Assembly: GCF_036321535.1 (NCBI RefSeq)
Contig: NC_087436.1
Location: 86,182,001 to 86,246,000, forward strand
Length of the DNA stretch: 64,000 nucleotides
From: Camelus dromedarius
Lineage: Eukaryota
Direction: 5' to 3'
Shown here: positions 37,101 through 51,431 of the stretch, one piece after another
How positions within the stretch are numbered: the stretch's first letter is position 1
Layout: each line of letters starts with the position of its first letter
Position numbers and translations under genes: made by a program
Notes under the pieces: model-generated
The model's database searches: none
The model's input: the letters and a program-made list of their open reading frames with translations, nothing else
Told to the model about the DNA's origin: nothing

Positions 37101-40100
37101 CTAATCTACTATAAAGCTACTCAAGATTTCACTCTTAATAAAATTAAGCTTTTAAATATAACATGTAGCAACAAATGCGGTTAGGTACCCTTACTCTAGT
37201 ATCTTCTGTGTAAGATTTGTTGGTGCCTTTCATGATTTGTTTCAGAATCCATTTATAAAGTCAGATCTTATACCAGTGTTTCCATGTTCATGTAGTCTAG
37301 CTTAATCCCAGTACAAGATTTCTTAAATTTACCTGGTTACCAGAATCACTAAAGATATTTAAAAATATATATATACATTACAAGTTTTTATCCGATTCAT
37401 CCTCAGTCAGAATCTTTATGGGAAGAGTCTAGGAATTTTTATTTTTAGTAAGAGCTTAGGTGATTCTCATATCAAACACATTTGGAAAGCAATGGATGGT
37501 ACTGTGGAAAGAGCATGGTCTTTGATGTCAAGCTAATTTCAGTTCTCAGAAACTTTCTAACTGTAACCATTAATCCTTCAGAACTTTAGTTTTCTCATCT
37601 GCTAAAGGGGTATCTACCTCAGAGATTAGGTGTCAGAGTCAAATAATTTATCTGATGACTTGGAACCATAGTAGGCACTCAGCAAATTATTGCTTACCAC
37701 TTTTTGTTGTTTATCCCTTCATGCATATTTTTTTGGTTAATCTTTACCATTTTCTTGGAAATAAGTCTAAAAGGTGACATATACTTTCCTGCTTTAAAAG
37801 GAGATCCTGAGCATAAATCAGAATTATCTGATTGAGGAAATGTTTAATCAGAAGCAGATATCAGATTGTTACACAGTGATGTTCTTAAAGGCTGTTGAGG
37901 TATTTTGTGGTTTGAGGGTCTTAAAATGGTGCTTTCTTTGAATTTCACATGTGATGGCTTTTGCTTTCTGTTTACCTTCTTTTCCTCTTAATTGATCAGC
38001 TGTAGGTTGGAAATGAGACAACCAATCTTATTAGAATGATGTATAAAGAGAAGTTGATTCTGAGTGCTGGGATTTAGATACTTGAATGTTAATACTTGAG
38101 TTTTAAGTTACTTGTTTCCTCAAGGTATTTTTGATTAATCTTTCATTATCAACTGTCTTACTGACATTTCTTGATAAGTAATTTAACAAATATTTATTAA
38201 ATTTTATGCTAAGTATTATGTGAGGCTGTAAGTATATGGTTTTGAATGAAACACACGTAGTTCCTCTGCCAATAGACAAATTATGTCTGAGAAAATTGCT
38301 ATGAAGGAGCTCATTCGATTCTGTGATAGAATCTAATGGGATCAGGGAGAACCTCTCTGAGAAGGTAACATTTAGGAAGACTGAAAGAGTCCTGTGAAAA
38401 GCGCTGCAGGTCTGGAGAACTAAGGCACAAACAAAGGAGGTAGTGCCTTGAAATGAGGTTGGTGAGCTCAGTAGGGACCAGAAAGGATTGTATAGAGATT
38501 AGAGTGAAACTGGGTAGAGTAGTAGTTGGGAGGCTATTGGAACAGTACAGATGAGATGATAGTGGCTTGATCTAGGGTGATGGACTTTAGATAATGGAGA
38601 TATTACAGTTCTGCCTGTAAGCCATCAAATTTCCCAATTTTCCTATGAAGTATGGCAAAGTATAGCATCGGCCACTTTTCCCATCTCATTCCCCAGTTGT
38701 GGGGTTTTTTTGTTTGTTTTTGTTTTTGTTTTGGCTTTGTGGAGGCTGAGGTCGAGCAACTGTGGCTGCCCTTACTATTGACTGGAGACTGCCTTGATGA
38801 CATACCTGCATTTCCTGTTCTCTTGCCACAGGGCAGCTAGTATGCCAGAACAGCATGAGCTGGAAGTGGAGAAGGGCTTTCCCACAAGATCGTAGGTTTT
38901 GAAGTGAGGACCTTTGTACACTTTAGCTACAAGATGTGTGGTGTTTTTGACAATGGTCTGCGCTTTAGATTTGAGGAAAAGATTTGTGCTTTTTACATCT
39001 TTACTCTTAAAACTAACTGTATATATAAGGGCTGAAGTTTTCTCACAAAGATCTGGAAAAATGATTTTCTTCTTAAGCTGTTTTCCATCCTGCATCTAGT
39101 AAATGAAGTTTACTTAGGGTAGAGTTGGTTGGAATTTGGGTTAACTTACTTTTGCTTTTTTGACTGATAAGAAGTGAATGTGTATATATGTGTGTATCTC
39201 CGTCTGCCTGTCTGTCTTGTCTGTATCTATCTGCTTCCTGCTAGAGCTCCTTGTTTTATTCTCTTTGATCTTGAATTTTAATTACAATAGAGTCCTTGGT
39301 TAGTCCAGTGAAGGAATTCCTATTTACCCAGCCTTCTTCCCTGCTCTTTCTAAACTATTTAATTGTAAATGTTACTTGAAATTGATATTTTTGTAGTCTA
39401 TAAACCAATTCAAGTATATATGATTTCTGAAATGAACATAATTTATCACCATTGTGTTGCTCATAGTATTTATACAAGTATGAAGAATATTCCAAAATGT
39501 ATATAAATTAGATATAGGAATTTTTTTTTCCTTAGTCTGGTGAAGATAATTTAAAGTAGTTGAGTTGGATTAGTTGAATCCCTATACAATCAGACGTTAA
39601 TACCATGAAGTTTAATCAGTGTATATTTGCATAGCTTTCACTATTTAACAACATGTGTTATTAACTGTTAATACTTGAAAATATAATCTTAATAATTGAA
39701 AATTAGTAAAATTCTAATGCTATTCTATTATAGAACTGTATATAATGATAAGGTTTATGACAGAGTGAATGTAGTACATGATTTAAATAAGTTTTTGATT
39801 TCCCTAGCTTATGAAGAGATTATATTTTCACAGAGCTGATTGAACCCAAATGTTCAGAATTTGGTCACACAGTTAAAATTTTTAGACTTATTCTGAGACT
39901 CATATATTATATGTCTCCAACTCCAGGGATTCTGTATCTTCTGAGTAGACATAGTACACTTTCAGTTCTATCCCTCTATGAGCCACATTGATATTCATGT
40001 GTATATTAAGGCAGCCAGATAAATTTAAAGTGTGATTTTTATGCATTAAAATCTGTCAATTTCATCTATGGTTATGACTTCATCTCCCCAGATAGCTGAA

Positions 40101-41289
40101 AAGCTAATTCCACTGAACTCAGAGTTCAGCATTAGGAAATACGTGCCATCTTCACTCACCCTCTGCATAACCCATGTGTTCACATTGAATCTGAAATTTC
40201 AGGTTCATATGTTCAGAGGTGTTATATCAACAGGAAGATAAGATTCTCCGAGCCCATAGATTTGTACAGATTGAGTGTCTCAGAGTCCAAAATATCCAGA
40301 ACTGAACTTAAAATCTTCCCCCCCAAATCAGCTACAAATGCAGCCTTCCCAATTCTTAATTGATGGCAGGTCTGGCATCTTATTTCCTTAGACTAAAAGA
40401 TCTTTGGCATATCCTTGATGTCCCTCTTTCTCTTTCACTGCATCTAATCTGTCAAGAAATCAATCCATCGGCACTATCTTCAAACTGTATTCAAAATCTG
40501 ACCACTTTTTACCATCTCGACTGCTGGTGTCTCTTTCTGTGTTACACTTAATACTTTTCTTCTTCCTGCTCCCCCCTTTGCCTTTCAAGCTTTACAATCT
40601 TTTTGGTACATCTGCTACATAAATCAGATCATGTCTCTTCTGCATCCAGACTTCCCAAAGCTCTCCACCTCCAGAGTTAAAAGTTCCTTTTAATAGTCTT
40701 CAAGACCCTACCTGATCTGACCCATCATTATTTCTCTGATTTCTTTTCTATCATTCTTTCACTTGTTCATCCCATTTTAGTCACATTACTTTCCTTTCCA
40801 TTCCTTGAATTATTCTAGGCACACTCCTGGCTTAGGGCTTTTGCACTGGCTGGTTCCACTTTCTGGACTATTCCCCCTAGATATCAAAATGGCTAGTTCC
40901 TTCACTCTCTTCATATCTTTCACAGTTGTCTTGAGCCCTACCCTCCCTTCTACTTAAAACTCATCTACCTTTCCCTTACTCTGTGCTTTTTCTTCTTTCA
41001 TAGTGTTTCCTCTGTTAGAACTTGAGGTGAACCAGACTTGATAAAGTCTACAAACTTTAGACAACCTTCCCTTGCAAAGAGGAAAACTCACTTTTTTGAG
41101 AAGAATAAAGTTTTAAAACGTTCTCCCTGTTTTGCAGCAGCTGTTCCACCTATAAAATGTGAACACAGAAAGCCTTGCTATTTTTTTTTTCTTAAAAACT
41201 TTGGGATTGTGTTTGACCTTTGGGCCATAAATGGCCTGAGAAGCAGGTTGTCTTACGTGAGACAAATAAAGCCAGAAAGGAGATTTGCT

Positions 41290-41759
41290 GGTTTTTTTTT
41301 TTTTTTTCTTTTCATTTTACTGACATATAGTTGATTTACAGTGTTTCAGATGTACAGCAAAGTAATTCAGTTATACATATATATATATTTTTTTTTTCCA
41401 GATTCTTTTACCCCCCATTATAGATTATTGCAAGATACTGAATATAGTTCCCTGTACTATACAGGAGGTCCTTTGTTTATCTATTTTATATATGGTAGTG
41501 TTATCTGTTAATCCCAAATTCCTAATATATGCCCCCACCACTTGCACCTTTGGAAACCATAAGTTTGTTTTTTATGTCTGTGAGTCTATTTTTATTTTGT
41601 GAATAAGTTCATTTGTGTCATTATTTTAGATTTCACATATAAGTGATATATATTTATTGTCTTTCTCTGACTTGTTTCACTTAGTATGAGAATCTATAGT
41701 TCCATCCATGTTGCTGCAAATGGCATTATTTCATTCTTTTTTATGGCTGAGTAATGTTC

Positions 41760-41818
<59 letters not shown>

Positions 41819-42441
41819 CGCGCACTTGCATGTACATACACCACATCTTTATCAATTTATCTGTTGATGGACATTTAGGTTGCTTCCATGGTTCTATGTC
41901 TTGGCTGTTGTAAATAGTGCTGCTAGGAACATTAGGGTGCATGTATCTTTTAGAATTTGTTTTCATCTTTTCTGGATATATGTCCAGGTGTGGGATTGCT
42001 GGATTATATGGTAACTGTACTTTTAGTTTTTTAAGGAATCTCTGTACTGTTTTCCACAGTGGCAGCACCAATTCACATTCCTACCAACAGTTTAAGAGGT
42101 TTCCTTTTCTCCATACCCTCTCCAGCTTTTATTATTTGTAGACTTTCTGATGATGGCCATTCTGGCCAGTATAAGGTAATAAACCTCATTGTAGTTTTGA
42201 TTTGCATTTTTCTAATAATGAGTGATGTTGAGCATCTTTTCATATGCTTACTGGCCATCTGTATGTCTTCTTTGGAGAAATGTCTATTTAGGTCTTCTGC
42301 CCATTTTTTGCCTGAGTTGTTTGTTGTTGTTGTTGTTGTTGTTTTATATTGAGCTGTATAAGCTATTTGTATATTTTGTAAATTAATCCCTTATCAGTCT
42401 CATCCTTTGTGAATATTTTCTTTCATTTTGTAAGCTGTCTT
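41290..42441 (-). mobile_element. 5'-truncated L1 with 10-bp TSD, inserted into a MIR-like sequence
   Basis: Poly-T at about 41293; ORF2 C-terminal-like peptides ([40 protein letters not shown]); TSD gagatttgct at 41280-41289 and 42442-42451. Confidence 0.93.
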
Positions 42442-45400
42442 GAGATTTGCTTTCCTGAGATAATATACCTAGTTGCTGTCAGAACCAGGATTAGAATTCA
42501 GACATTCTGTCTCTCCATTTAGTTGCTCTTATGTTTTCACCACAATAACTTCTTTGTGCTTTTCAACCTTTGTCTTATTTGCTTGGATTCCTGGCCTCAT
42601 GATTGCCCATGTTTGCTACAGCTATTTAATGTTGCCTGACTTTCCTGAACTCAGCACCACCCTATGATCCCTTTTTTCCTCCACATTACCCCCTGACCTT
42701 ACAGAATTTGGCAGAAAGTTGGAATATTTGACAGTTAACATTAGACATTAGCCAGTTTTATCACTGGCTATTCTATTTGCTAAGCTGTTTGAAAAGAATA
42801 TTTGTGAAGTCATTGAGATCTGGACATTCTCTAATTTATCATTATCCAGAGTGGATGTTAAATGACAACATTGCCCACTTTATTAGAAGGATGACAACCT
42901 TAATAAAAATATAGCATACATTTACATTGTTTTATAGTAATAAAAGCAGTTAAACATACAGGGTTTATGCACTGTTGATGCTTTATGTATATGAACTCAT
43001 TTAATGAGTTAGGCATTTTTATTATCCCTGGTATCTAAATAGGGAAACAGGCTCAAAAAGGTAACTGACTTGCTCAAAGTGACATACCTAAAAATTGGCA
43101 GTGTCAAGATTTCAATTCAAGCAGTCCGACTCCTGAGTCTTATTTGCTTAATTGCTTTTATTTTATTGAACTAAAGCAACAAACTGAAGCGTTCTCTGTG
43201 TTATTCATCAACACAAGCATTTATAACAAAATCCTGTATTTTGGGATTTTAGGTACAAATGTGAAAAGCTCAGAAACAGATTTTTTTTTCCTAGGTCCAT
43301 ATGAGAATGTGAACATCTGTTATGTATTAGTTTTAATTTTGTAATTTCTGTTTGATGGAAAAGTTTTTTCCCTCCAATTTTCAAATATTTTCTAATTTTA
43401 CAGTTTCTATTTCAAGGAGATAAACGTTTTCTGTGCTTACAGAGAACGTTATTGAAGGCATTGTCCTGCAATAGAAGTTGCCCCCAGCTTGGGTTCTGGA
43501 GAATAAGGGTCTAGCTTAGATCCTATGTATTAATTAGCCATGAGACCCAAGATACTTGCCTTTTGTGCATCAGTTTCTTCATTTGTAAAATTAAATGTTT
43601 GTGCTAAATGATAGTTGTGGTCCTTTCTAGCTCTCAGATTCTGAGGTTCTACTACTGTGGAATTAGGAATTTTTTTCTATTTATTTTTAAAATTCTTTAC
43701 AAAATACTTAATATATATTTAAATATACTTTAAAAATCCTTAAAATTTACTCAAAAATGTACTTTAAAACTAGCAGAATTGTCTTGAAATGTGACATGTC
43801 AATTGCACACATATTTCCTTAGGCTCACTTAAAAATAAAAAACAAAACCCCTTTAATCATCTACTTTTTTCTTCAGGTTTAATTATTTTTCTAATTATAA
43901 TGAAAAACATAAAAGATTATTAAAAATTGGGAAGTAGTACTTCCAAGTGAAGCAGAAAATAAACCATCTATAATCACCAAGAGGAAAATATCATTTAATA
44001 TTTTGGTGTATTTCTAGTCCTTATTAAAATCTTTTTCCTAGTAATCTTTAGTTTAAAATAATAATATATGTTATTGAAATTTTAGAAAATGTAAAATATG
44101 AAAATGAAACATCACCCATAATATTATTGCCTTGGATTTTCTGTTTATATGTAAATATTTTTATTAAAAAGTTAAGACCATACTTATAAAGTGTTTTGTA
44201 CTCCACATTTTTTGTTTAACATATTGGGAACATTTGCCAATATCATTACCGGTTCTTACATAGTATGAAACGTTGGCTCTAATAGATTCCAAAGAATAGA
44301 ACACCCTAGGGGGCCTTAAGTAGTGCAAGTTTTTTGTAAAAATGCATAGAGACTAAAGAAGACATGAAACTCTGCCATTGTTTTGCCAGGCTTCAAGGAG
44401 ACTGGAATATTATTGTTTTGAATAACTGAATGCAGCTTTGGTTATGAAATTTATTCTGTCATTTTTTTCAGCAGATTGTGTCCTTTGGTCTAGTGGTCTG
44501 TCACAGGGACTTACCTACTCTCAGTTCCAGCTTCTGCTGTTGCAGCAAGAGTTGGCAGACTGCTTTTTCCCTCTGTCTCATAGTTTCTGCTTACTTTTGG
44601 CTTTAGTTTATTCATAACTTCTACTTATTCATGACTTACTATGTCTTGGCTTCAGTCTAAGCTTCGTGTTTCCAAAAACTATTGCCTCTTATTCAGATAC
44701 CTCAAGAAAGAGGATTAGATTGAGTTAGTTAATGTTGTTTAAGTTGAGTAGGGCTGTTGGGCCCTGCCATCCCACGTGCTGCTAGCCAGCCCAGGGATTA
44801 GCTGTTCTTAAAGCAGATACCTATTTGTGGTCTAATTCACCAAAGTGTAGGAAGCTCCTAGTTAGGCTACTTTCTAGTGTATATGGTTTTGGACTGTGTA
44901 GTATCTCTTCAAATTGATGCATCATAATTAATTTAATACAATAGTAGTTTATTTCTGTTGTTTTCAAACTTTCACTGTTAAAAATAGCACTGCAACTCAG
45001 AAGCAAGGAAAATTAACATGAACAAAACAAAGTTGAAGACGTCATATTCTTGTACTTCTGTATTTAAAGGGCACAATTCACCACGAAACATTTTAATTCA
45101 AAATAACAATGCATTAATGAAATGTAAGAGACATTAATATGAGATACAAGGAACATAGAAGAATTAAAAATCAAAATAAAAAGAAAACTGGGGATTACAT
45201 GGACTAGAACTATAGAAAAGGTTAGCACGCATTCAGGAAAGCTATTGATTAGTGAACCCCAAACCCCTTGTTTACTTGTGATAACATACCTAGTTAATAA
45301 CCAAATAAAAGATTCAAATAGAAAAAATTACGTTGATGTTACTGTATAAAATACTTTTAAAGTATTTACTTAGCATTTACTATACATCTCTGAAAAATAG

Positions 45401-45817
45401 GTCCTATTTTAGAAACAACAAATGAAACAAAATGTCCCTCACCAAATACTCCCTCACCAAAATAACACTATAGAATACTTGATTACTCATTAACATATCT
45501 GTGCCATACAGAATTAAGTCTATAATTATTTTCTTCTGATACATTTCTAGAAGTAGAATTACTAGATCAAAGGATATGAATTTTTTTGACTTTTTTTTGC
45601 ATACTATTGAATTGTGCTCTTGAGGGTCTATCATGTTGTAAGTTTTTTCCTTTACATTTGAGATCATGTTATAGGTACAGTTTTTGTGTTTTCTTTTTAC
45701 TTAGCAGTAGATTATGTGTATTTACCATGTTGTTTGCAAACTTCATTTTTAAGAATTGCCTAATATTCTGTTATGCTGGGACATTGTGATTTACTTAATC
45801 TTCCCATAATTTTATTT

Positions 45818-45922
45818 ATTTTTAAATTAAAAAATTTTTTTCCTTAACGGAGGCATTGGGGATTGAACCCAGGACCTCATGCATGCCAGGGTGCTCTACC
45901 ACTGAGCTATACCCCCATCCCT
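45818..45922 (-). mobile_element. tRNA-derived SINE (camelid Vic-1-like) with a perfect 17-bp TSD
   Basis: TSD ttcccataattttattt at 45801-45817 and 45923-45939; A and B boxes on the minus strand. Confidence 0.9.
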
Positions 45923-48010
45923 TTCCCATAATTTTATTTTGTTTATTTTTCTCTATTGTGAATAAAGATTCAGGGAACTTTTTTATGCATATATTTTTAT
46001 CCATATTTCAGATTTTTTTTAGGTAAGATCTCTAAAGGAGAAATTACTGTGTTGAGGTATAAATATTTTTAGTGCCAAATTGATTTCTAGAATGGTTGTA
46101 ATAATTTATAGTTCCACTTAAGTACATGATATTTTCCATTTTAATACTTTCTTGCCAGCATACATTGTTTTGGTTTTATTTCATTTATTAGTTTTTGTAG
46201 ATAACTAAAGATGCCACTCACCTTTAATTATATCTTTTAAAATTAGTAAGTGCTACTTTTAGCTTTTTGGATTAATAGAATGTTAGGTTTTTAGGTCTGA
46301 AGAGAGTTCAGCTTCCTACCCATTGCTCTTCTTTCAAACATACCAAGTTAGTATTTTAAGAAAGTTGGTATTTTCAATACTGTCCAGGGCCAATTGTACT
46401 TAGAAAAAAGTAAATTATTTTTTATTTAAAAACCTTTAACTTGAAGGAGCATAATGGATAAAAGGAGTAATTTATGATGCTGTCAACTTAAACTGAAATA
46501 TGTATCTCATTTTTATTGTTAACAAACCCTACCTCCTGCCAAACTTAAAAAAAACAAAACCACCTTCCCTGAACTGGAACTAAAGTAGTATCTAAATAAC
46601 TTATGTCACATCAAAACTATTAAAGATGATATTTTATAGTTATATTAATGGACATAAAGTGTGGCTTTTCTTATCTATTTCATAAAAAAAGATGGTCTTA
46701 CTAAAACTTTGACAGTGTTGCTTTGGTTTGCCTAGAATACATTAAAAAAAAAAAAAAAAGGCTTTGGCAGAGGTGAAGACATAGCAAAGGAAGTCTGGTA
46801 TATTAGGTTTGAACATTCTCCACTCTGGTACCTGAGCTCTTTGCTAGTAGAAAGCATGCTGTATGAAGTAGGACTTGTTAAAAAAGAATTATTTTCAACT
46901 ACTCTGTTGAAAGCAGTCTCATCAGTAAAGAATGTGGATTAAATCATGGATTATGGTAGTTTGAATAATGAATGGGAGGTGAGATAAAGAGTGAATGTAG
47001 AGGACTCTTTCAAGACACTGGATGAGGAAGGAAAAGAGATGGATGCCATCATACATTGAGGGAGAAAAAAATAGGCATTCAGATTCTCAGGCTGGTAGAC
47101 TTATGCAGGTTTGTAGGCTGTGTGTAAGGAACAAGAAGAGAGGGAGAAATAAGTGGATTGCAGAGGAGATTAAAGAAGATGCAACCAGGAGCAAATGGTA
47201 GTTTGCATTGAGAAAGATAGTAAAGATACTAAAGACATAGGTAAATCTAAAAATGAAATGGAGAGGAGGCATAGCAGGTTATGTTCATTGGTCTTATTTT
47301 TTCTTCTGGTTGGAGTTAAGGACTATGGTTATCTGCAAAAAAAGTATATTGTAAGGATAAGGCTGAGCTCATAGAGGAGCAACAGTGAAGTGTAGAAAAG
47401 GGAGCTGATTGGGAAAGAATAAAGATTACTGTAACATTAATCTAACTGAAGTTAGAAATAATTTGATTTTTTCAAGATTTTTCTCTTGTAGCTCCAGGTG
47501 GTGGAGATTAAAGCAAAGAAAGTAAACATTTCAATTGAACTGGATTGACAAGAGATAGTCTAGAGATGCAGAGAATAAAGAGTTTTGTTAGAATATGGTT
47601 AAATGATTGACTCTTTAGTTCTGGCAGAGAAGGAAGGAAGTATAGTCATATGGAGCAGATATGGAGTGAAAAAGCAAAGAGGAGTGGTAAGGAGTAGGTT
47701 ACAACCACAGACAAAAACAAAACAAAACAAATTTGTTAAGGGTAGGAGAAATGAAATGATTGATGGTAGTAGTAAGAGGAGAATTTTATTACAGTTCAGG
47801 ATTTCAGAGATGATACAGTTCCAAGCGATGACAGTATTCAGACTGCTTCATAGTGAATTGTGTAGAAGTGAAATTCCTCGGAATAGATTAAGTCGGGTAA
47901 CTAGTTAGGTTCTGGTGCTGAATATTGAATTAATTGAGATGAAGTCAAGAGTTCTTGTAGAGAGAAAAAACGTGTGACATGAATGTCTGTGTCCTTAGAG
48001 AGGGTGGAGG

Positions 48011-48570
48011 TGTGCATAAAAGAGTTAACATTGCAGGCTTGAGACTGCTGCCCATGGAAAGCCTTGCTTGCAGTGTTGGCTCTTGGCTGGTGTCTGGGAA
48101 CCTGAAATGTGGGAGAGTTCCCAGTATCCCAGAATTGATAAGAATGGCTCCCTGTGCCTAAACAGTACAAACAGTGTAGTTTATACTGAATACCTGTTTT
48201 CCTTCTGAGAGTCTGGAGTTTGGGTACATGCTAAGTAGAGGAGACCTACATGATGAGCCCTTGGTAAGAACTTTGGGCACTGACCGTCTAATGAACTTTC
48301 TTGGTAGACACCATTATATACATGTTGTCAAAACTACATTGCTGATGGAATTAAGCACATCCCTTGTGTCTTCACGGAGAAGAGACTCTTGCAAGCTTGC
48401 TCCTGGTTTCCTCTGGACTTTGATTGATACGCCTTTTCCTTTGTTGATTTTTGCTTTGTATTCTTTTGCTGTAGTAAAGCTAACTGTAAGTATAATTATA
48501 TGCTGAGTCCTATTAGTCCTTCTTAGTGAATTATCAAACCTTGAGGGTGGTCTTGAGGACCCCCAACACA
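48011..48570 (+). mobile_element. ERV solo LTR (MER68-like)
   Basis: About 560 bp with TG...CA ends: 'tgtgcataaaagagttaacattgcaggcttgagactgct...gtggtcttgaggacccccaacaca'. Family name is from memory. Confidence 0.75.
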
Positions 48571-50177
48571 AAGTGAGTGACCTGGAAGGCTGAAAATGAG
48601 GGTTGGGGCTTGGAACAGTGTGGTATAAATAGAAATCCTGTTCATCGGAGGAAAAGAGAACAGTGGTGTGGAAGTTTGCAATGAGGCATTAGTGGAATGT
48701 ACGCATTTCTTCTCGATTGGAAATTAACTTATTTATCAAGTATTTATCAGGCATTGGGCCATACATTTAGAGTATCAAGATAATTAAGATACCATGCCTA
48801 CCGATAAAAAACTCATTGTTTATCAGGATAGGGAGTCAGGCTTATGACATAATTATAGTAAGATCTGACAAGGACTATACAAGAGAGAATGTAGTCAAGT
48901 GCTGTGAGAAGTTGGAAGATGGGAGTCTGAAGATAGACTCCATGGAATGAGCTATGATTGAGGACTTCTAAGGAAAGAGTGTCGTTTCAACAGGATTTTT
49001 GGTTAAAGGAAAGAAAAAAAAATTTTTTAAGTGAAGATACAAATAGATATTTAGGTAGCAGACCAACAGATTAGGGGTTCCAAAGTTAAATATTAAAGGG
49101 GGTTTGGAAGAGGAAGGATCTGTCAGGAAAGGGAGGTTTTGAGTTGGATGAAGATAAGAGTGCAGGGTAACAGATTAACATGGCTTACTTTTTGAATGTT
49201 GGCTGTAGATTTAGGAATGAGGTCACAGTGAAATGGAAGTAGGTGGGATATGAGTAAAACAAGCCAATTTCAAGATTCCATTTATATTTAAGTGTAAAGT
49301 TGCAGTCCCTTTGCAAAGTTGTACCGGGTATATATTATAAGAACATTCAAAATTACCTCAAATTATATAAAGACCTCGAAGGTTGGAGGTGAGTTATCTG
49401 TAGGGACATTTTCAAGTGCAACCACATTGCTCTGAGGCCCCCAGATAAAAAAATTGGGTTAGCTTAGAGTCTTCCAGTCTTAGAAAGAGAATGTCATTAA
49501 TGCCAGAATCATAGTAAACAGTAATGCTTGCCAGTTTATGTGTAGTGTGAAAAGAACTTTGGCTTGAATCTAGGTGGTTACATTGTCATCTTTTTCATAA
49601 ATAATATCCATTGTTTATAAAGACATTAATGTTATTTCAATGCTGCTATTAAATAATTTTGAGGGTACTTTAAGATGATAATAAAATGGTCTCAGATGGT
49701 CCATTTGCATGTTGTAGGGAAGTCTAGATCATGATGTAAACAACAGCCTGACTCACAGAAGTGTTGTGATTGACTTGCACAGTATTTTAAAGGTATTTTT
49801 TCTATTTTGCATAAAAATCTGGTTTTCCAGCTCCTCTTAGAAACAAACAAAAAAAATTATATAATCTGTCAAAGGTGGACCTGCATTTTAGTGTGACAGT
49901 AATCAGCTGGATCTGGCCATGACACTGCACACACACACATACACTCAAACTGTATGGCCTCCACTTGGTCAGGCTCCATCACTCTTACTGCCTTCACACA
50001 GCCTACCTTATTTGATTTCCCCCCCCTTCACTAATGATTGAGTTAGAAACCGCTGACCTGGCCAACTGTTTCATGTACAATATCTCAGGGGATCCCCGTT
50101 ACCAGTGCCAGCTACCTAAGGTGCAGTATTGTGTATTTAAGGGTTGCTTAGAGAGAGACTCTTGTTTTCTTTACAGA

Positions 50178-50326
50178 AAAAAAAATTTGTAACTGTATGA
50201 GGTGATGGTTGTTAACTAAACTTGTAATCATTTCAGGATATATGCATGTATCAAATCACTATGTTGTACACCTTAAATTAATACAAAGTTAAATATCAAG
50301 TATATCTCAATAAAACTGGAAAAGAA
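50178..50326 (+). mobile_element. Old L1M 3' terminal fragment
   Basis: 'gtaactgtatgaggtgatgg...tgttgtacaccttaaa...tatatctcaataaaactggaaaa'. Confidence 0.75.
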
Positions 50327-51067
50327 ATTTTGGCTCTAGGATTGAATAAAAGTCATCATATAAAAGCATTTCAGTTTTATTTCCAGGGTGCGATCTGGTA
50401 TTACCAATGTGTGTATATGAATGTTTTATTCCTTCCTAATAACTTATGCAAAGAAGTAGTCAAGTGCCCAGTCAATTCTCATGATCTTTGCAGACATTTA
50501 AAAGGTTAAAAATGCTAAAATGCACTACCTTAGTTCCATTTCTTTGGGGCTATGTCTAGCAAATGTCTTGGTATTTGAAAGTTTAAGTAGCCAGGCCAGC
50601 TATCACATTGTTCCAGGTGTTTTTTAGCATTCTCTAGCTGTGATAGCAGTGTAGATATACTGATCTACATGTTACCACATTATTGAGTGTTAACAAATGC
50701 TCTTGACCTAAAGAATGATCAATAGCAGAGATTTTGGCTTTATATTACTAAATTCGCAGAAGCTTGGTAATTTTGACAAAATTTGACAGATGTGTTGTTT
50801 TTCCATTACATTAATATTTGGCTCACAAACATAGCACCAAAGAAGTAATTTCTTTCTGTGTTCTCAGCCTCCTATATCAGTTTTGATTCAGCTGCTAAAA
50901 TTGCTTACTATATTTCATAAATTGCTGATTACAATGTTTGTGTCTCAAACTTCCATATTCTGTATAGGAAGCTGCACTCTATTTACTTATCCTTTGATTA
51001 AGTTAAATGGTATATTTTGGCAAAAATGACATGTAATAACCTGTTTTTCTTCTTTTTTAAAAAATAG

Positions 51068-51122
51068 ATTTGGACTGAGCAACAAATTTGAATCAGAATT
51101 TCCTTCTTCATTAACTGGAAAA
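51068..51122 (+). CDS. CHIC2: CHIC2 coding exon 2
   Basis: Acceptor aatag|; (V)FGLSNKFESEFPSSLTGK; donor |gtgagt; phase matches exon 1 (119+55=174). Confidence 0.95.
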
Positions 51123-51269
51123 GTGAGTGTCTGTCAATTATTTAGGTATTGTTTATATGCCTCAAAACTAAAATCTTTTACTAACAAATTAGAAAAAAAT
51201 TTATGCTAATGAGACATGTTTATTGACATTAATATTGCAGTGTTGTTATTTCTTAAAATTTTTCTTTAG

Positions 51270-51431
<162 letters not shown>

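Noticed and set aside
41694..42352. ORFs resembling the C-terminus of a reverse transcriptase protein
   Set aside because: Frameshifted remnants of L1 ORF2; not a functional gene or a novel RT system.
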